NCBI GenBank assembly: GCA_965198175.1
Contig: OZ240245.1
Coordinates: 2,160,164-2,224,163, forward strand
Source: Candidatus Poribacteria bacterium
GTDB taxonomy: Bacteria > Poribacteria > WGA-4E > PCPOR2b
DNA: 64,000 nt
Direction: 5' to 3'
Every line of letters starts with the position of its first letter. Positions within the stretch are counted from its first letter, which is position 1. The position numbers and the translations under genes were made by a program. The notes under the pieces were generated by a model that saw nothing but the letters and a program-made list of their open reading frames with translations, ran no database searches and was not told where the DNA came from. Below are positions 1 through 9,864 of this stretch, one piece after another.

Positions 1-1358
1 GGAAACGTTGCCTCCGGATTCTCAAGTAAATCCAAAGCCCCAATCGCATATTTGCCATCGGGTCGTTGCGTGCCGTATGCCATAGTGTGAATGCGGGTCT
101 TGCCGATTTTGACATCGGGGTAGGTACTCGCAATGATTGAGGCAGTGAGGTGGCTAGCATTGGGCATAATATCAGCCCCGACAAGATTATTCTCTACCAT
201 TTGTTGGTGAATGTCTCTCCCGCTCCCACCGCTTTGTTCATACAGCGCCAAAATCCGCTGGTAAAGTCCGTTTAACAGTGCCCCAGTGCCACAAGCAAAA
301 TCGGCAACCTTTGGGAAAGTAAATAGCCCGTCCCCTAGGGTAGGCTGTTCGTTGGGTAAGACGAGGGCGGAAAGCAATGCAACGGACTCGGGGCGCGTAT
401 AATTCGCCTTGATGAACCTCCGGTCAACAATCAGCCGTTGAAAGACGATGCCCGCCAACTCATGCACCTGTTCCAGCCCTCGTGCAATCAGTCCTTCGGC
501 GGTGTCGCGCAATATCTGCAACACCTGCCCCACTAGCCCATCATCTGTTGCCAGCACCTCTTCCGTCAAACGATACGCAACATCAAAAATTGGACGGTAG
601 TTGACCTGTCGAACCAATTCCCAAGCGTTCAAGACTTCATTGACGTTAAGTTGTGTACCTATTCTTTGGAGTTGGACGAGGGACGGTACTGTTTCCATTT
701 CCGGTGTGCCGGCAAGCGCGCTCTGAAAAACGAAAGCATTTGTGATGATTAGCATCGCCATCCGATAGGTCTGTTCACCCGCTTCTTGATAGAGGATTTC
801 CTCGATTGTTTCTGTGATGTGGGGGCGCGTCTCTGCGGCAGCAGCAAGGAGAATTGCAGCTTCATTTACGCCGCTCTCTAGATGTTCGGCGGCTTGGGCA
901 ACCTTGGAAACGGGGATGGCACCGATTCGTAGCGCAGTGGCAACGTCACTGATGTTGCCGACAAACCAACCGCTACTGGGAAAACGGTGGGGTGCATCTA
1001 CACTGAAAAGTGCATAATGGAGGTCATTAACATCTCGTAGTGCGTCCGAGATTTCGGCACTACTGAATTGTCGAAACCGATAGGGGACTCGTAATGCCAT
1101 GGCGGTTCTAACCGTCTCAAACGATGCCAGGCGTTTTCCGAGTCGTTTTCTTGCTTGTTCTTCGCCCTCCAAGTTCGGTGAGTGAAGACGATCAATTTTT
1201 ACCTCTATGACCACTGGCTCTCTGCCGGTTTCTGTTACGGTTATATCGGGACGTTGGGCTTCGCGTAGTAGTGTTTCCTGAGGTTCGACGCTCCAAGTGT
1301 TTCTTCGCTCTCGTAATATATCCGCTATATAGATCGAGATTGTATCCTCATTTCGCAT
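1..1358 (-). CDS. Fused restriction endonuclease / N6-adenine DNA methyltransferase (type IIG-like), runs off the left edge
   Basis: Manual translation from ATG 1358 (GGAG RBS): MRNEDTISIYIADIL...RPDITV...VVIEVK (PD-(D/E)xK-like), later KVADFACGTGALL (SAM-binding motif I) and VGADIMPNASHL. Absent from the ORF track because it has no stop in the window. Confidence 0.8.
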   Translation of the reverse strand, partial: MRNEDTISIYIADILRERRNTWSVEPQETLLREAQRPDITVTETGREPVVIEVKIDRLHSPNLEGEEQARKRLGKRLASFETVRTAMALRVPYRFRQFSSAEISDALRDVNDLHYALFSVDAPHRFPSSGWFVGNISDVATALRIGAIPVSKVAQAAEHLESGVNEAAILLAAAAETRPHITETIEEILYQEAGEQTYRMAMLIITNAFVFQSALAGTPEMETVPSLVQLQRIGTQLNVNEVLNAWELVRQVNYRPIFDVAYRLTEEVLATDDGLVGQVLQILRDTAEGLIARGLEQVHELAGIVFQRLIVDRRFIKANYTRPESVALLSALVLPNEQPTLGDGLFTFPKVADFACGTGALLNGLYQRILALYEQSGGSGRDIHQQMVENNLVGADIMPNASHLTASIIASTYPDVKIGKTRIHTMAYGTQRPDGKYAIGALDLLENPEATF

Positions 1359-1742
1359 CCGTATCTCCGTCTTTCTTCCTAGCCGGCACAGATGAACAAA
1401 CTGCGTTGATTGCAATTCCGGTTTTTTGACTGTTTCCTGCTTCTAATCTGAGCTAATTCTGCGGTGCTTCTGACATGTCGTGTGCTCGTGTTTATTTTGA
1501 TTTGTGGATAGCAACGCTCCGGTGTGGTTAGCTAGGGGTTAGTAGCTTACTGTGAAACTTTTTCATCATGGCATGAATCGTCCGCAGTGTCAAGCATTTT
1601 ATGCTGCGTTTTAAAGTAATTGGTAGGGTGGAAACGCGAGGGAGAAACTGTGGTTATGATATGATTGACCATCTGTAAAACAGCGTTGGTTGCCATCTTT
1701 TCGGATAAATTCGGCGAAAATAATTCTGGGGCAATTTTTTTC

Positions 1743-1771
1743 TTGACTAGGTAACGTATACATAGTAATAT
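1743..1771 (+). promoter_or_regulatory. Sigma-70 promoter of the imuB-dnaE2 cassette, overlapped by an imperfect palindrome
   Basis: TTGACT-17bp-TAATAT; 1746-1766 ACTAGGTAACGTATACATAGT is a dyad ACTA.GTA-N5-TAC.TAGT. Confidence 0.6.
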
Positions 1772-1811
1772 TTAGTTAAGTATTTTAGATGGGTTAGGAA
1801 TTCATACAATT

Positions 1812-2624
1812 GTGATTGCTTGCTGATAGACAACCTTAACAATCACATTAAAGAAATACTGGCTTACGAAGTGGCTGTCTGAGGTGTGAAATTGGAAAGG
1901 ACTGCATCTATATAAATTTAGGGGTGACTGAGATGACGGATGAAGCCAGTGAAGCCGTCATATTCATTAGGCATCTACATTCTGAGTTGAGAGGGATTTA
2001 CCCTGGAATCCAAACCGGCATTGCATCGTCCCGTTTCGCCAGTTATGCCGCAGCGCAAAACGCAGCCCCTGATGAGCCGTGTGTTGTGTCATCAGAGGAA
2101 ACGCCGGCGTTCTTGGCGGATCAGAGCGTTTCGGTTCGGCAATTGATGCGGAACTTCTCCGGCGTCTGGGCAGATTGGGGCTCAGCGCCTTGGGGCAGTT
2201 GGCGAACATCAACAAGGTAGATCTTATCAGACAGTTTGGAAAACAAGGCGTTATGATGTCGGAGTCAAAGTCAGGAAAGGGAGTTGACCCATCCCCGCCC
2301 GCTTTTGATCGCCCGTCAAAAACGGTTAGCACGAATTCTTGGCAGCGAAGGATTTGGGGCGACGAGACGAGAATCAGCGGCAGCGCGCCTCCGATCCCTG
2401 TTGCGATTGTGTCAAATAAAAATGGACACCAGATTGATTTTCCGCAAAAACTTTTATTTGACAACAAATGGCAACATGTTGACCGAATTATTGAATATTG
2501 GAAACGAGAAGATAGATGGTGGACGGAACAACCGGAAAATTCCATGTACTTTAAAATAGTTGTGGCTGGTCAGGAATTAACAGTGTGCCGTGATCTTACT
2601 AGTCTTGAATGGAGTTGGTACTAA
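1812..2624 (+). pseudogene. imuB: Frameshifted, shortened ImuB-like Y-family polymerase accessory protein
   Basis: ORF 1924 frame gives TGIASSRFASYAAA...PAFLADQSVSV; ORF 2079 frame continues IDAELLRRLGRLGLSALGQLA...QFGKQG and ends in the ImuB-C-like IIEYWKREDRWW...YFKI. Frameshift near 2136-2143; directly upstream of dnaE2. Start is approximate. Confidence 0.7.
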
Positions 2625-2626
2625 GC

Positions 2627-5092
2627 ATGAATTACACCGAACTTCACTGTCATAGCTTTTACAGTTTTTCGGACGGCACTTCTAGCCCGGACGTACTTGC
2701 GGATCGAGCGCAGAAACTCGGACTTAGAAGTTTGGCGTTAACGGATACAGCGGGTTTGTACGGCGTCATTCCGTTTATCAAGCGATGCGAAGAGATTGGG
2801 CTTCACGGCATCGTCGGTTCGGTAATTTCCGTAGCCTTAGACGAAAAAGTTGATAAAGTCGTTTTGTTGTCTCAGGACATAACGGGTTATCATCAACTTT
2901 CCCGGCTGATTACCCGCGCTCATGCCAACGCAACATCCGACCCGCAAGTAACGGTGGAGCAACTCAACGAATGCTCATTTAATCTCATTTGCCTGATTGG
3001 AAAACAGAGCCACGCCGCCACGCTTTTGCGGAACAACCAGATTAAATCGGCGCGGGCGCGTTTAGATGAGTACCGTCAAATCTTTTCCGATAATCGTCTT
3101 TATATCGAACTCAACAATCATCTCGAACTCGCCGATATCGGTCTTTGTAAGACACTGTATCAGCTCGCGCGTGAGTTTTCCCTGAAATGTGTCGCTAGCA
3201 ATGCGGTGCTTTATGCGACTCCGGACAAGGCGCGATTGCACGATGTGATGCGGGGCATTGCACATAAGACCACGCTCGAACAATCTGATTCAATTCGTGC
3301 GCTCAACCACGAACGCTATCTCAAGTCGCCGCAAGAAATGCAGGCGTAATTCGCCGAAATCCCATCGGCGATAGCAAATACGCAAGTAATCAGTGAGCAA
3401 TGCAATCTTGCACTTGATTTTTCTGAATATCGGTTTCCCAGCTATGCTGTGCCTGCGGGCTACACGGAAAGTACATATTTGACCATGCTATGTGAGACAT
3501 CGCTCTCTAAAAAGTATGCCTCAATAACGGATCAGATTAGAGCTAGACTGCGCGAGGAACTTACGCTTATCAGGCGCCTAGGTCTTGCCGGATACTTCTT
3601 AATGGTGTGGGATATCGTGCAATTCGCCCAATCTAAAGGAATCCCAACGCAGGGACGCGGTTCGGCGGCGAATTCGCTCGTGACTTATCTTCTCGCTATC
3701 ACCACGGTAGATCCGATCGCGCATAATTTGGTATTCGCCCGATTTCTCAACGAAGAACGATCTACGATTCCGGACATCGATCTCGATTTCGCCTCTGCGC
3801 GCGATGCTCAGTTGCCCGATCGAGATGATGTCCTCAACTACGTTCAGCGTAAATACGGCGTTAATCATGTAGGATTAACTTGCACGTTCATCACTTTCGG
3901 CGTCAAGATGGCTATCCGTGAGATTGGGAAGGTCGTTGGCTACCCGAAATCCCTGTTGGAAAAGATGTCACGCTTCACGGAAGGGCGAAAAGATCCAGAG
4001 CCTGCCTTTAGCAAGATTGAGACATTCAGGCAATTTGATTGCTATACCAAACAAGCAAAGTGGCGGTATTTCCGCGATCAGGTTCAGGCGGTGATCGGCA
4101 CGCCTCGCCACGTTTCGACACATCCGGGCGGGATGATAATCACTTCGTGTGAACTTACGAAGTTGGTGCCACTACAGTATTCAACGATACAAGGACAACG
4201 AATCTGTCAATGGGACAAGGATATGGTGGAAACCGCAGGTCTTGTAAAAGTGGACCTATTAGGCTTGGGTATTCTCGCCGTAATTAGAGAATGCCTTATT
4301 TTGATTGGGGAGGCTTACGGACTCAAAATCGACATAGCGGACATAAAAACTGATGATCCTGCCGTATACGATATGATCACTCGCGCGGACACGATTGGGT
4401 TGTTCCAGATAGAATCACGCGTCCAAATTCAGACGTTGCCGCGCGTCAAACCGCGCAATTTGTTAGACCTAGCGATTGAAGTGGCGATAATTCGCCCGGG
4501 CCCAGTCCAAGGCAACATGGTCAATCCGTACATTCGTCGGCGACAGGGACGTGAGAGAATTCAGTATCAGCACCGTCTCCTTGAGCCAATTCTTGAAGAG
4601 ACCCTAGCGGTGGTGCTCTTTCAAGAACAAATCATACAAACGTTGCCAAGAATTGACTCATAGTCTCAGTTGGCGTGGGAATATCGCGTGCAGGGGTTTT
4701 CAACGCACACCCATCCGATGCAGTACATCCGGAATAAGCTCAGCAAGAGTGTCCGTCGTGGCGACACGCTGAAAAATCTGCGAAATGGCGTAAGAACCTG
4801 CGTAGCCGGACTGGTCGTGTGTATACAAAAACCTGCCACTGCAAAGGGAGTTGCCTTCATGCTAATTGAAGACGAGGAAAGCCTCCTCAATGTGATTATT
4901 TTCCGCGATGTCTATAATCGGTGTCGATCAATCTTTAAGCTTTCTCCGTTTGTGTGTGTTTACGGAATTTTGAAGCGTGAGGGTGAGCTAATTAACATCC
5001 AAGCACAATCTTTTACAGAAATGTCTTTCAGCAAAGGTTCATCGGCGGATTCACGTAGAAATAGATATGCTCACGGAAAAAACTGGACATGA
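2627..5092 (+). pseudogene. dnaE2: Error-prone DNA polymerase III alpha (DnaE2/ImuC), disrupted
   Basis: PHP motif YTELHCHSFYSF, GRGSAANS, PDIDLDF, C-terminal OB fold QKPATAKGVAFMLIEDE. All three track ORFs share one frame, broken by TAA 3347-3349 and TAG 4661-4663, with a large internal segment missing after LFQEQII. Confidence 0.88.
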
Positions 5093-5145
5093 AAGGGAAC
5101 GCAATTTATAATTAACTATCATCTAAGAAAAGAGAGGAGATAATG

Positions 5146-5817
5146 ATGTGTGGACGATTCACACTCTCCGCTACCCTTACCACCTTAACGAAAACCTTTC
5201 CCGAGTTCGAACTCCCCGACCAAATTATCCCCCGATACAACATTACACCCACACAAGAGGTCGCTGTCGTTGCGAATGATAAAAACACAAAAATACAGTT
5301 CTTTCGTTGGGGACTGATTCCGTCGTGGGCAAAAGACCCGACAATCGGCAATAGAATGATTAACTCGCGGTCCGAGACACTGGCGGAAAAACCCTCATTC
5401 CGAACCGCGTACAGACGTTGGCGATGTCTCGTCTTGGCAGACGGTTATTACGAGTGGCGAAAGGAGCCGGGCGGCGGCGCAAAAACGCCGTTTTACATCC
5501 GCATGGCGTCGGAGAAACCCTTCGCCTTCGCGGGGCTATGGGAGCAGTGGCAACCATCGAGAGACGCAGATACGGTTTTATCCTGCACAATCCTCACGTG
5601 TCCACCCAACGAGATTTTGGAGCGAGTTCATAATCGTATGCCGGTGATTCTCGATTATGATGCGTATGACCTCTGGCTAGAGCCAACCAACCAAAAGCCA
5701 GCCGAGCTAAATCACCTTCTGAAGCCATATCCTGCCGATGAGATGACAGCCCACGCGGTTTCGCGTCTAGTGAATCAACCGAAGAACGATAGGGCGGAGT
5801 GCATTTTGCCGGTTTGA
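5146..5817 (+). CDS. SOS response-associated peptidase (SRAP/YedK/HMCES family)
   Basis: MCGRF N-terminus, RYNITPTQ, WGLIPSW, INSRSET, HNRMPVIL. Confidence 0.95.
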   Translation: MCGRFTLSATLTTLTKTFPEFELPDQIIPRYNITPTQEVAVVANDKNTKIQFFRWGLIPSWAKDPTIGNRMINSRSETLAEKPSFRTAYRRWRCLVLADGYYEWRKEPGGGAKTPFYIRMASEKPFAFAGLWEQWQPSRDADTVLSCTILTCPPNEILERVHNRMPVILDYDAYDLWLEPTNQKPAELNHLLKPYPADEMTAHAVSRLVNQPKNDRAECILPV

Positions 5818-5880
5818 CGAGATTGGACAAGAAGTTGCAATAGGAGCGCGTTTGGGGAGAATCCTATAACGTAGAGGTAA

Positions 5881-6252
5881 ATGATGCAACGCTTTTTCTT
5901 CATTTTAGGTTCTGGATTTGCGATGATTGGTGTCATTGCCGGCGCGTTCGGCGCGCATGGGCTTAAGGGAAGAATCTCAGGCGAGATGCTGGAGACCTTT
6001 GACGTTGCCGTCCGATATCAGATGTACCATGCACTAGGACTGCTCGCAGTTGCATGGGCTATCTCTCGGTGGCACAGCCAACCAATCCACATGGCGGGAT
6101 GGTTATTCATCATCGGCATCCTCATTTTTTCAGGGAGCCTATATATTCTGAGCTTGACTGGAATCCGCTGGTTTGGGGCAATCACGCCCGTCGGTGGACT
6201 TGTCTTGATTGTAGGTTGGGTATGTCTCATCTGGGGGACGATACGCAGCTAA
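5881..6252 (+). CDS. DUF423 (YgdD/TMEM256) membrane protein
   Basis: GAFGAHGL, RYQMYHAL, FSGSLY, GAITPVGG motifs. Confidence 0.92.
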   Translation: MMQRFFFILGSGFAMIGVIAGAFGAHGLKGRISGEMLETFDVAVRYQMYHALGLLAVAWAISRWHSQPIHMAGWLFIIGILIFSGSLYILSLTGIRWFGAITPVGGLVLIVGWVCLIWGTIRS

Positions 6253-6380
6253 CAGAGAATGTTGGCTATTCCATTTCTCTAAAACCGACTGCAATAACAT
6301 CAGGATCACGATTTTTCTTTTTTTGCGGAGTATCGTTGTTCTGTTGATTCGCCCTTTCTCACGCATTGCACATCATGGAT

Positions 6381-8798
6381 CTATCCCGATATCTTGGTGA
6401 ACTGAACACTGACGTGCACGAAATCAGCTGTGGGGCTGAACTCAACTGTATAGATGGGTTTGTTCCAGAGAAAGTGGTAATTAGAACCATAACACGCCGT
6501 CGCAACGGGAATATACTCTTCAGGGACGTGGACAAACAGTGTTCCTTTACTATGTCTGGGGGGTTTGCAAACCGCTAAAAAGCTCTGGCTCCGTTGATCC
6601 CAACCGGCGGACAAAATTTCCACCGAACCTTGTGTGAAGTGGAGATCCGTCGCGAGCAGTTGAGGCGATTTCTGCTCGGCGCGTATCCCCAGCAGCTTGA
6701 CGGAGCGCGGGGGTAGATTTAGCAAAGTGACGCTGCCTCGCGCGGCGCCCAAATATTCTTGACCCCAGAAATCATGTATAAGATAGTATTTGGATGGATC
6801 CAAACCGAGCGAATCTAAAGGAAAATAGATTTCGTCTACATTATCTCCCCAATTGAACACACCAACGACATTCCAAGAATCATACGGCGTGTGAACTCGC
6901 AAATTCCAAATCCGCGGGAGTTCGTTTTCATATAGATCCACCGGCGTTGCCGCCTGCCCGATCAGGGGAAATAGCTTGGCGATCAACTCTGCCCGAGCTG
7001 GTTCAAGTTTTGTGAAGTCATCTCCCCAGGTGACAACCCCGCCACTCAACCCCGCCGCCGTAATTGTGACGAGTGCTTCATTTAATGGGATGGGCTCATC
7101 AATGACTAACGGGCCAAACTCACCGGTCCATGCGATGCCGTGCTTAGGTAGATGGGCTGCATAGGCGCTGATAAGCTGTTTGGCTCCGGCTTTGTGGTTC
7201 CAGGATTCATCGCCAATATTTCCTCGATAGTCCGCAAGCACGGAATGGACTGGGAAGCCGCCAATGCTCGGTCCATTGCATACATCTCCGGCTGCGAGGA
7301 TTACGCTGCTGGGACTTTCTTCAATCACTTCATTAAGAGTTTGAATCCCGAGCCGGTAAAGCTCAACGGCAGTGAGCGATTGATTATGCCAGACATAACT
7401 GTCCGGATCCGACAACGGTCCCGCGGCATAATCCGATAAATCCACTTTGACCAAATCATATCCCCACTCGTTAACAATCTGCTGAAGTCGATTGCGAATG
7501 TATGTTTGCGCTCCCGGATGCGAAACATCAAGCAGCGCTACTGTTGTTCCTGTTTCTGGCAAGGCAACCGTCGCCGGCTTATTCCGCACGCTTTGTAGAA
7601 AATACTGTGGGTGCGCTGTCAGTAAATCAGAGTCGAGGTTAACATGAAATGGAGCTAGTCGGATACCAGCTTTTAATGCTTTGGAATGAATCTGATCGAC
7701 AACCGGCTTCATGCCATCCGGAAAGTTGTGGGGATTGACCTTGAGGCTGTCAGCCGTTAGCTGCCATCGGTCTTCGATTAGGATATACTCCATACCTCCT
7801 GCTGGGGGTGGGTAGAACAATCGGTTTTGGGCAACCTGATTGACCTGCTCACTTATCCGTTTCGCAGTGATTGAATGCTGATTGCGGGCGGCATACACAC
7901 TCCAACCAGAAAAAACACGATCGAGTTTTTTGGCATTCATGCATTTGGCAAGCATTTCGACATAGAGTCGATACGATTCTGTAACCTCGCTCGTAAAATT
8001 GAGATAAGCGGGTTCCGACTTTATTATCTCACCCGATGCACAAGGAAAACTTTCACATGTGTGGTAAAGTGACCAGAGATTGATCCCTTGGTTTTCTCCT
8101 TTGTTCAGTTGTGGCTGTGAATTATATCCAACTTGAATTGCTGAACTCCATTTTTGAGAACTTAGAAAACCGAAAACAAGGGATTGTTTGCTATCTGTAT
8201 CATAAAACGCACCGTTATAAAACGGCTCTGTGGAAACCTCTTTGTTAATGCTAAAACCGTCGTGAATGGTTTTGAGAGCTTGATTCGATGTCCTTTTCGT
8301 ATCCAAGAAGATACGATAGCCAGATGGAGCACCGCCCAAGTAAACACATCCTTCCGTGCCGGTCCGTGCTTTATCGTGGGGCGAGGAGACGCCGATGACA
8401 CTAATCCGATCGATCGCAATCGGCTTTCCACTCAAATTTTCGACGCCGGCATGTAATACAATATAAGGCTTTCTGTTATAGCATTTCAGGTAAAGATGAG
8501 TTTGGATATCCCGGTTTTCCGGTTGATGAGAAAACGTAATGGGATGGCAAATGCCGAAGTCATCCTCGGTGATGGGGTGAGTTATAAAATCGCGAGATCC
8601 TACATCTAGCGTGGTGAACACCGTGCCGTCTTTTACGATAACCTTAGTATATGCGTTCCGAATGATAGTCTGTCCTGCCTGATTCAAGTAGTCCCAAGTT
8701 CCTTGTGAAAGGTCATAACTAATCTGGAATAGATTATTTTTCATTACGACCAAGTTGCCTTGTCGCTCAACAATTGAGTCGTATGTCCCTTGCCTCAT
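6381..8798 (-). CDS. Alpha-galactosidase-like glycoside hydrolase (GH36/clan D)
   Basis: 805 aa; GWS, ILIEDRWQ, FPDGMKPVVDQIHSKALKAGI, LDVSHPGA, WGYDLVKVD; GGAGG RBS. Confidence 0.78.
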   Translation of the reverse strand: MRQGTYDSIVERQGNLVVMKNNLFQISYDLSQGTWDYLNQAGQTIIRNAYTKVIVKDGTVFTTLDVGSRDFITHPITEDDFGICHPITFSHQPENRDIQTHLYLKCYNRKPYIVLHAGVENLSGKPIAIDRISVIGVSSPHDKARTGTEGCVYLGGAPSGYRIFLDTKRTSNQALKTIHDGFSINKEVSTEPFYNGAFYDTDSKQSLVFGFLSSQKWSSAIQVGYNSQPQLNKGENQGINLWSLYHTCESFPCASGEIIKSEPAYLNFTSEVTESYRLYVEMLAKCMNAKKLDRVFSGWSVYAARNQHSITAKRISEQVNQVAQNRLFYPPPAGGMEYILIEDRWQLTADSLKVNPHNFPDGMKPVVDQIHSKALKAGIRLAPFHVNLDSDLLTAHPQYFLQSVRNKPATVALPETGTTVALLDVSHPGAQTYIRNRLQQIVNEWGYDLVKVDLSDYAAGPLSDPDSYVWHNQSLTAVELYRLGIQTLNEVIEESPSSVILAAGDVCNGPSIGGFPVHSVLADYRGNIGDESWNHKAGAKQLISAYAAHLPKHGIAWTGEFGPLVIDEPIPLNEALVTITAAGLSGGVVTWGDDFTKLEPARAELIAKLFPLIGQAATPVDLYENELPRIWNLRVHTPYDSWNVVGVFNWGDNVDEIYFPLDSLGLDPSKYYLIHDFWGQEYLGAARGSVTLLNLPPRSVKLLGIRAEQKSPQLLATDLHFTQGSVEILSAGWDQRSQSFLAVCKPPRHSKGTLFVHVPEEYIPVATACYGSNYHFLWNKPIYTVEFSPTADFVHVSVQFTKISG

Positions 8799-9189
8799 AC
8801 AAATCCTCCATCCGTGATTTTTCCTTCAAGATTGGTTAATTAGTGGCGTTGTTTAATTTTTATTGGTGTAGTGGTAGGGTTTACCGGCTTACGAGAATGG
8901 GATTGTTCTTTTATTGATTACGCAATTTAGTCTCTAAACTAGCACCATAATGATTTCCATGTACCAAAATTGGAACAGCAAAGGAGACTCGTCAAACCGA
9001 TGCAACACGTTGGATATGTTAACCTTTTGCGTCCGGCTTGCTTTTGCGTCGTCACAGAATTTCGCGATTCTGGAATCCGTCAAGATTATGAATTATAAGC
9101 GAGTCTCACGCTGAAATGTTAGAGATTCGCCCGGCTGTTAGACATCAATTCTCCCGTCTGCTACACTTTAACTTGGATTAACTACAGTT

Positions 9190-9218
9190 ATTATAACTGA
9201 AAATCACACAGAAATCAA
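9190..9218 (-). promoter_or_regulatory. Sigma-70 promoter (leftward)
   Basis: Minus strand TTGATT-17bp-TATAAT. Confidence 0.6.
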
Positions 9219-9241
9219 GGTTAATCTTCATGCTTTTTCCC

Positions 9242-9270
9242 TTGACATTCCCTAAGTCACGTTGTAATAT
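9242..9270 (+). promoter_or_regulatory. Sigma-70 promoter (rightward) of the RHH-dinG operon
   Basis: TTGACA-17bp-TAATAT. Confidence 0.68.
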
Positions 9271-9308
9271 GAAAAAAGACATTTACAAACGAAAGCGAGG
9301 TGCGACAA

Positions 9309-9512
9309 ATGAAAGGATTCAGAGACAGGTTGACTGTTGATATTTTCTCGTCGTTCACGGAGAAAGATGCAGAGAAAATCAAAGAGGCTGCGAAGCGATT
9401 GAACGTGAGCCGTTCTGAATTGATACGTGTCTGTGTGCTTAACGAATTGCCGAAACTACTCGAACGCGAAAACAAGCGGAGAAACTATCGTAGAACCTGT
9501 AGAGAAAACTAA
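9309..9512 (+). CDS. Ribbon-helix-helix (CopG-like) regulator
   Basis: FTEKDAEKIKEAAKRLNVSRSELIRVCV pattern; GAGG RBS before ATG 9309. Confidence 0.75.
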   Translation: MKGFRDRLTVDIFSSFTEKDAEKIKEAAKRLNVSRSELIRVCVLNELPKLLERENKRRNYRRTCREN

Positions 9513-9556
9513 TCCGAACCCACACCACGCTTGAGTTTGAAGCAGGGAGATTTATC

Positions 9557-9658
9557 ATGCCAGTTGAAACTTGGAAGCGCCTATCACTGCAGCGAATTGA
9601 AAGAATTGATGCAGCGCTCAATTGTTACATTCAGCAACGGAAACGTGACAACACATGA
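9557..9658 (+). CDS. Small hypothetical protein (33 aa)
   Basis: GGGAG RBS; MPVETWKRLSLQRIERIDAALNCYIQQRKRDNT; ATGA overlap with the next ORF. Confidence 0.5.
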   Translation: MPVETWKRLSLQRIERIDAALNCYIQQRKRDNT

Positions 9659-9864
9659 TAGCGACACACATCACCCATGAGCACGCCTACCAGCAGATTA
9701 ATCAAGAAGACATGATTAAGCCATCCCGTCCCCTTCGCCCAAGTCTGGAAGGGTTCGGAGGGTACGGGTTCGGGGCAGACGGGTTGGCAGGCGATAGCCG
9801 TTTCGTGTTCTTGAGTCTAAACGAATACCTAAACCATGGGAGACTAGACGATGAAAACGACTGA
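9655..9864 (+). CDS. Small hypothetical protein (69 aa)
   Basis: Overlaps both neighbours (ATGA at 9655; overlaps dinG start 9851). Confidence 0.4.
   Translation: MIATHITHEHAYQQINQEDMIKPSRPLRPSLEGFGGYGFGADGLAGDSRFVFLSLNEYLNHGRLDDEND

Noticed and set aside
4420-4655. QTLPR occurring twice in dnaE2 as a duplication scar
   Set aside because: Codons differ and the second copy fits a deletion junction; probably coincidence.
8980-9115. Riboswitch in the long GH36 leader (GACGCAAAAG twice, GAGACTCG inverted repeat)
   Set aside because: I could not match the full motif of the c-di-GMP-I or any other riboswitch I know; needs a covariance search.
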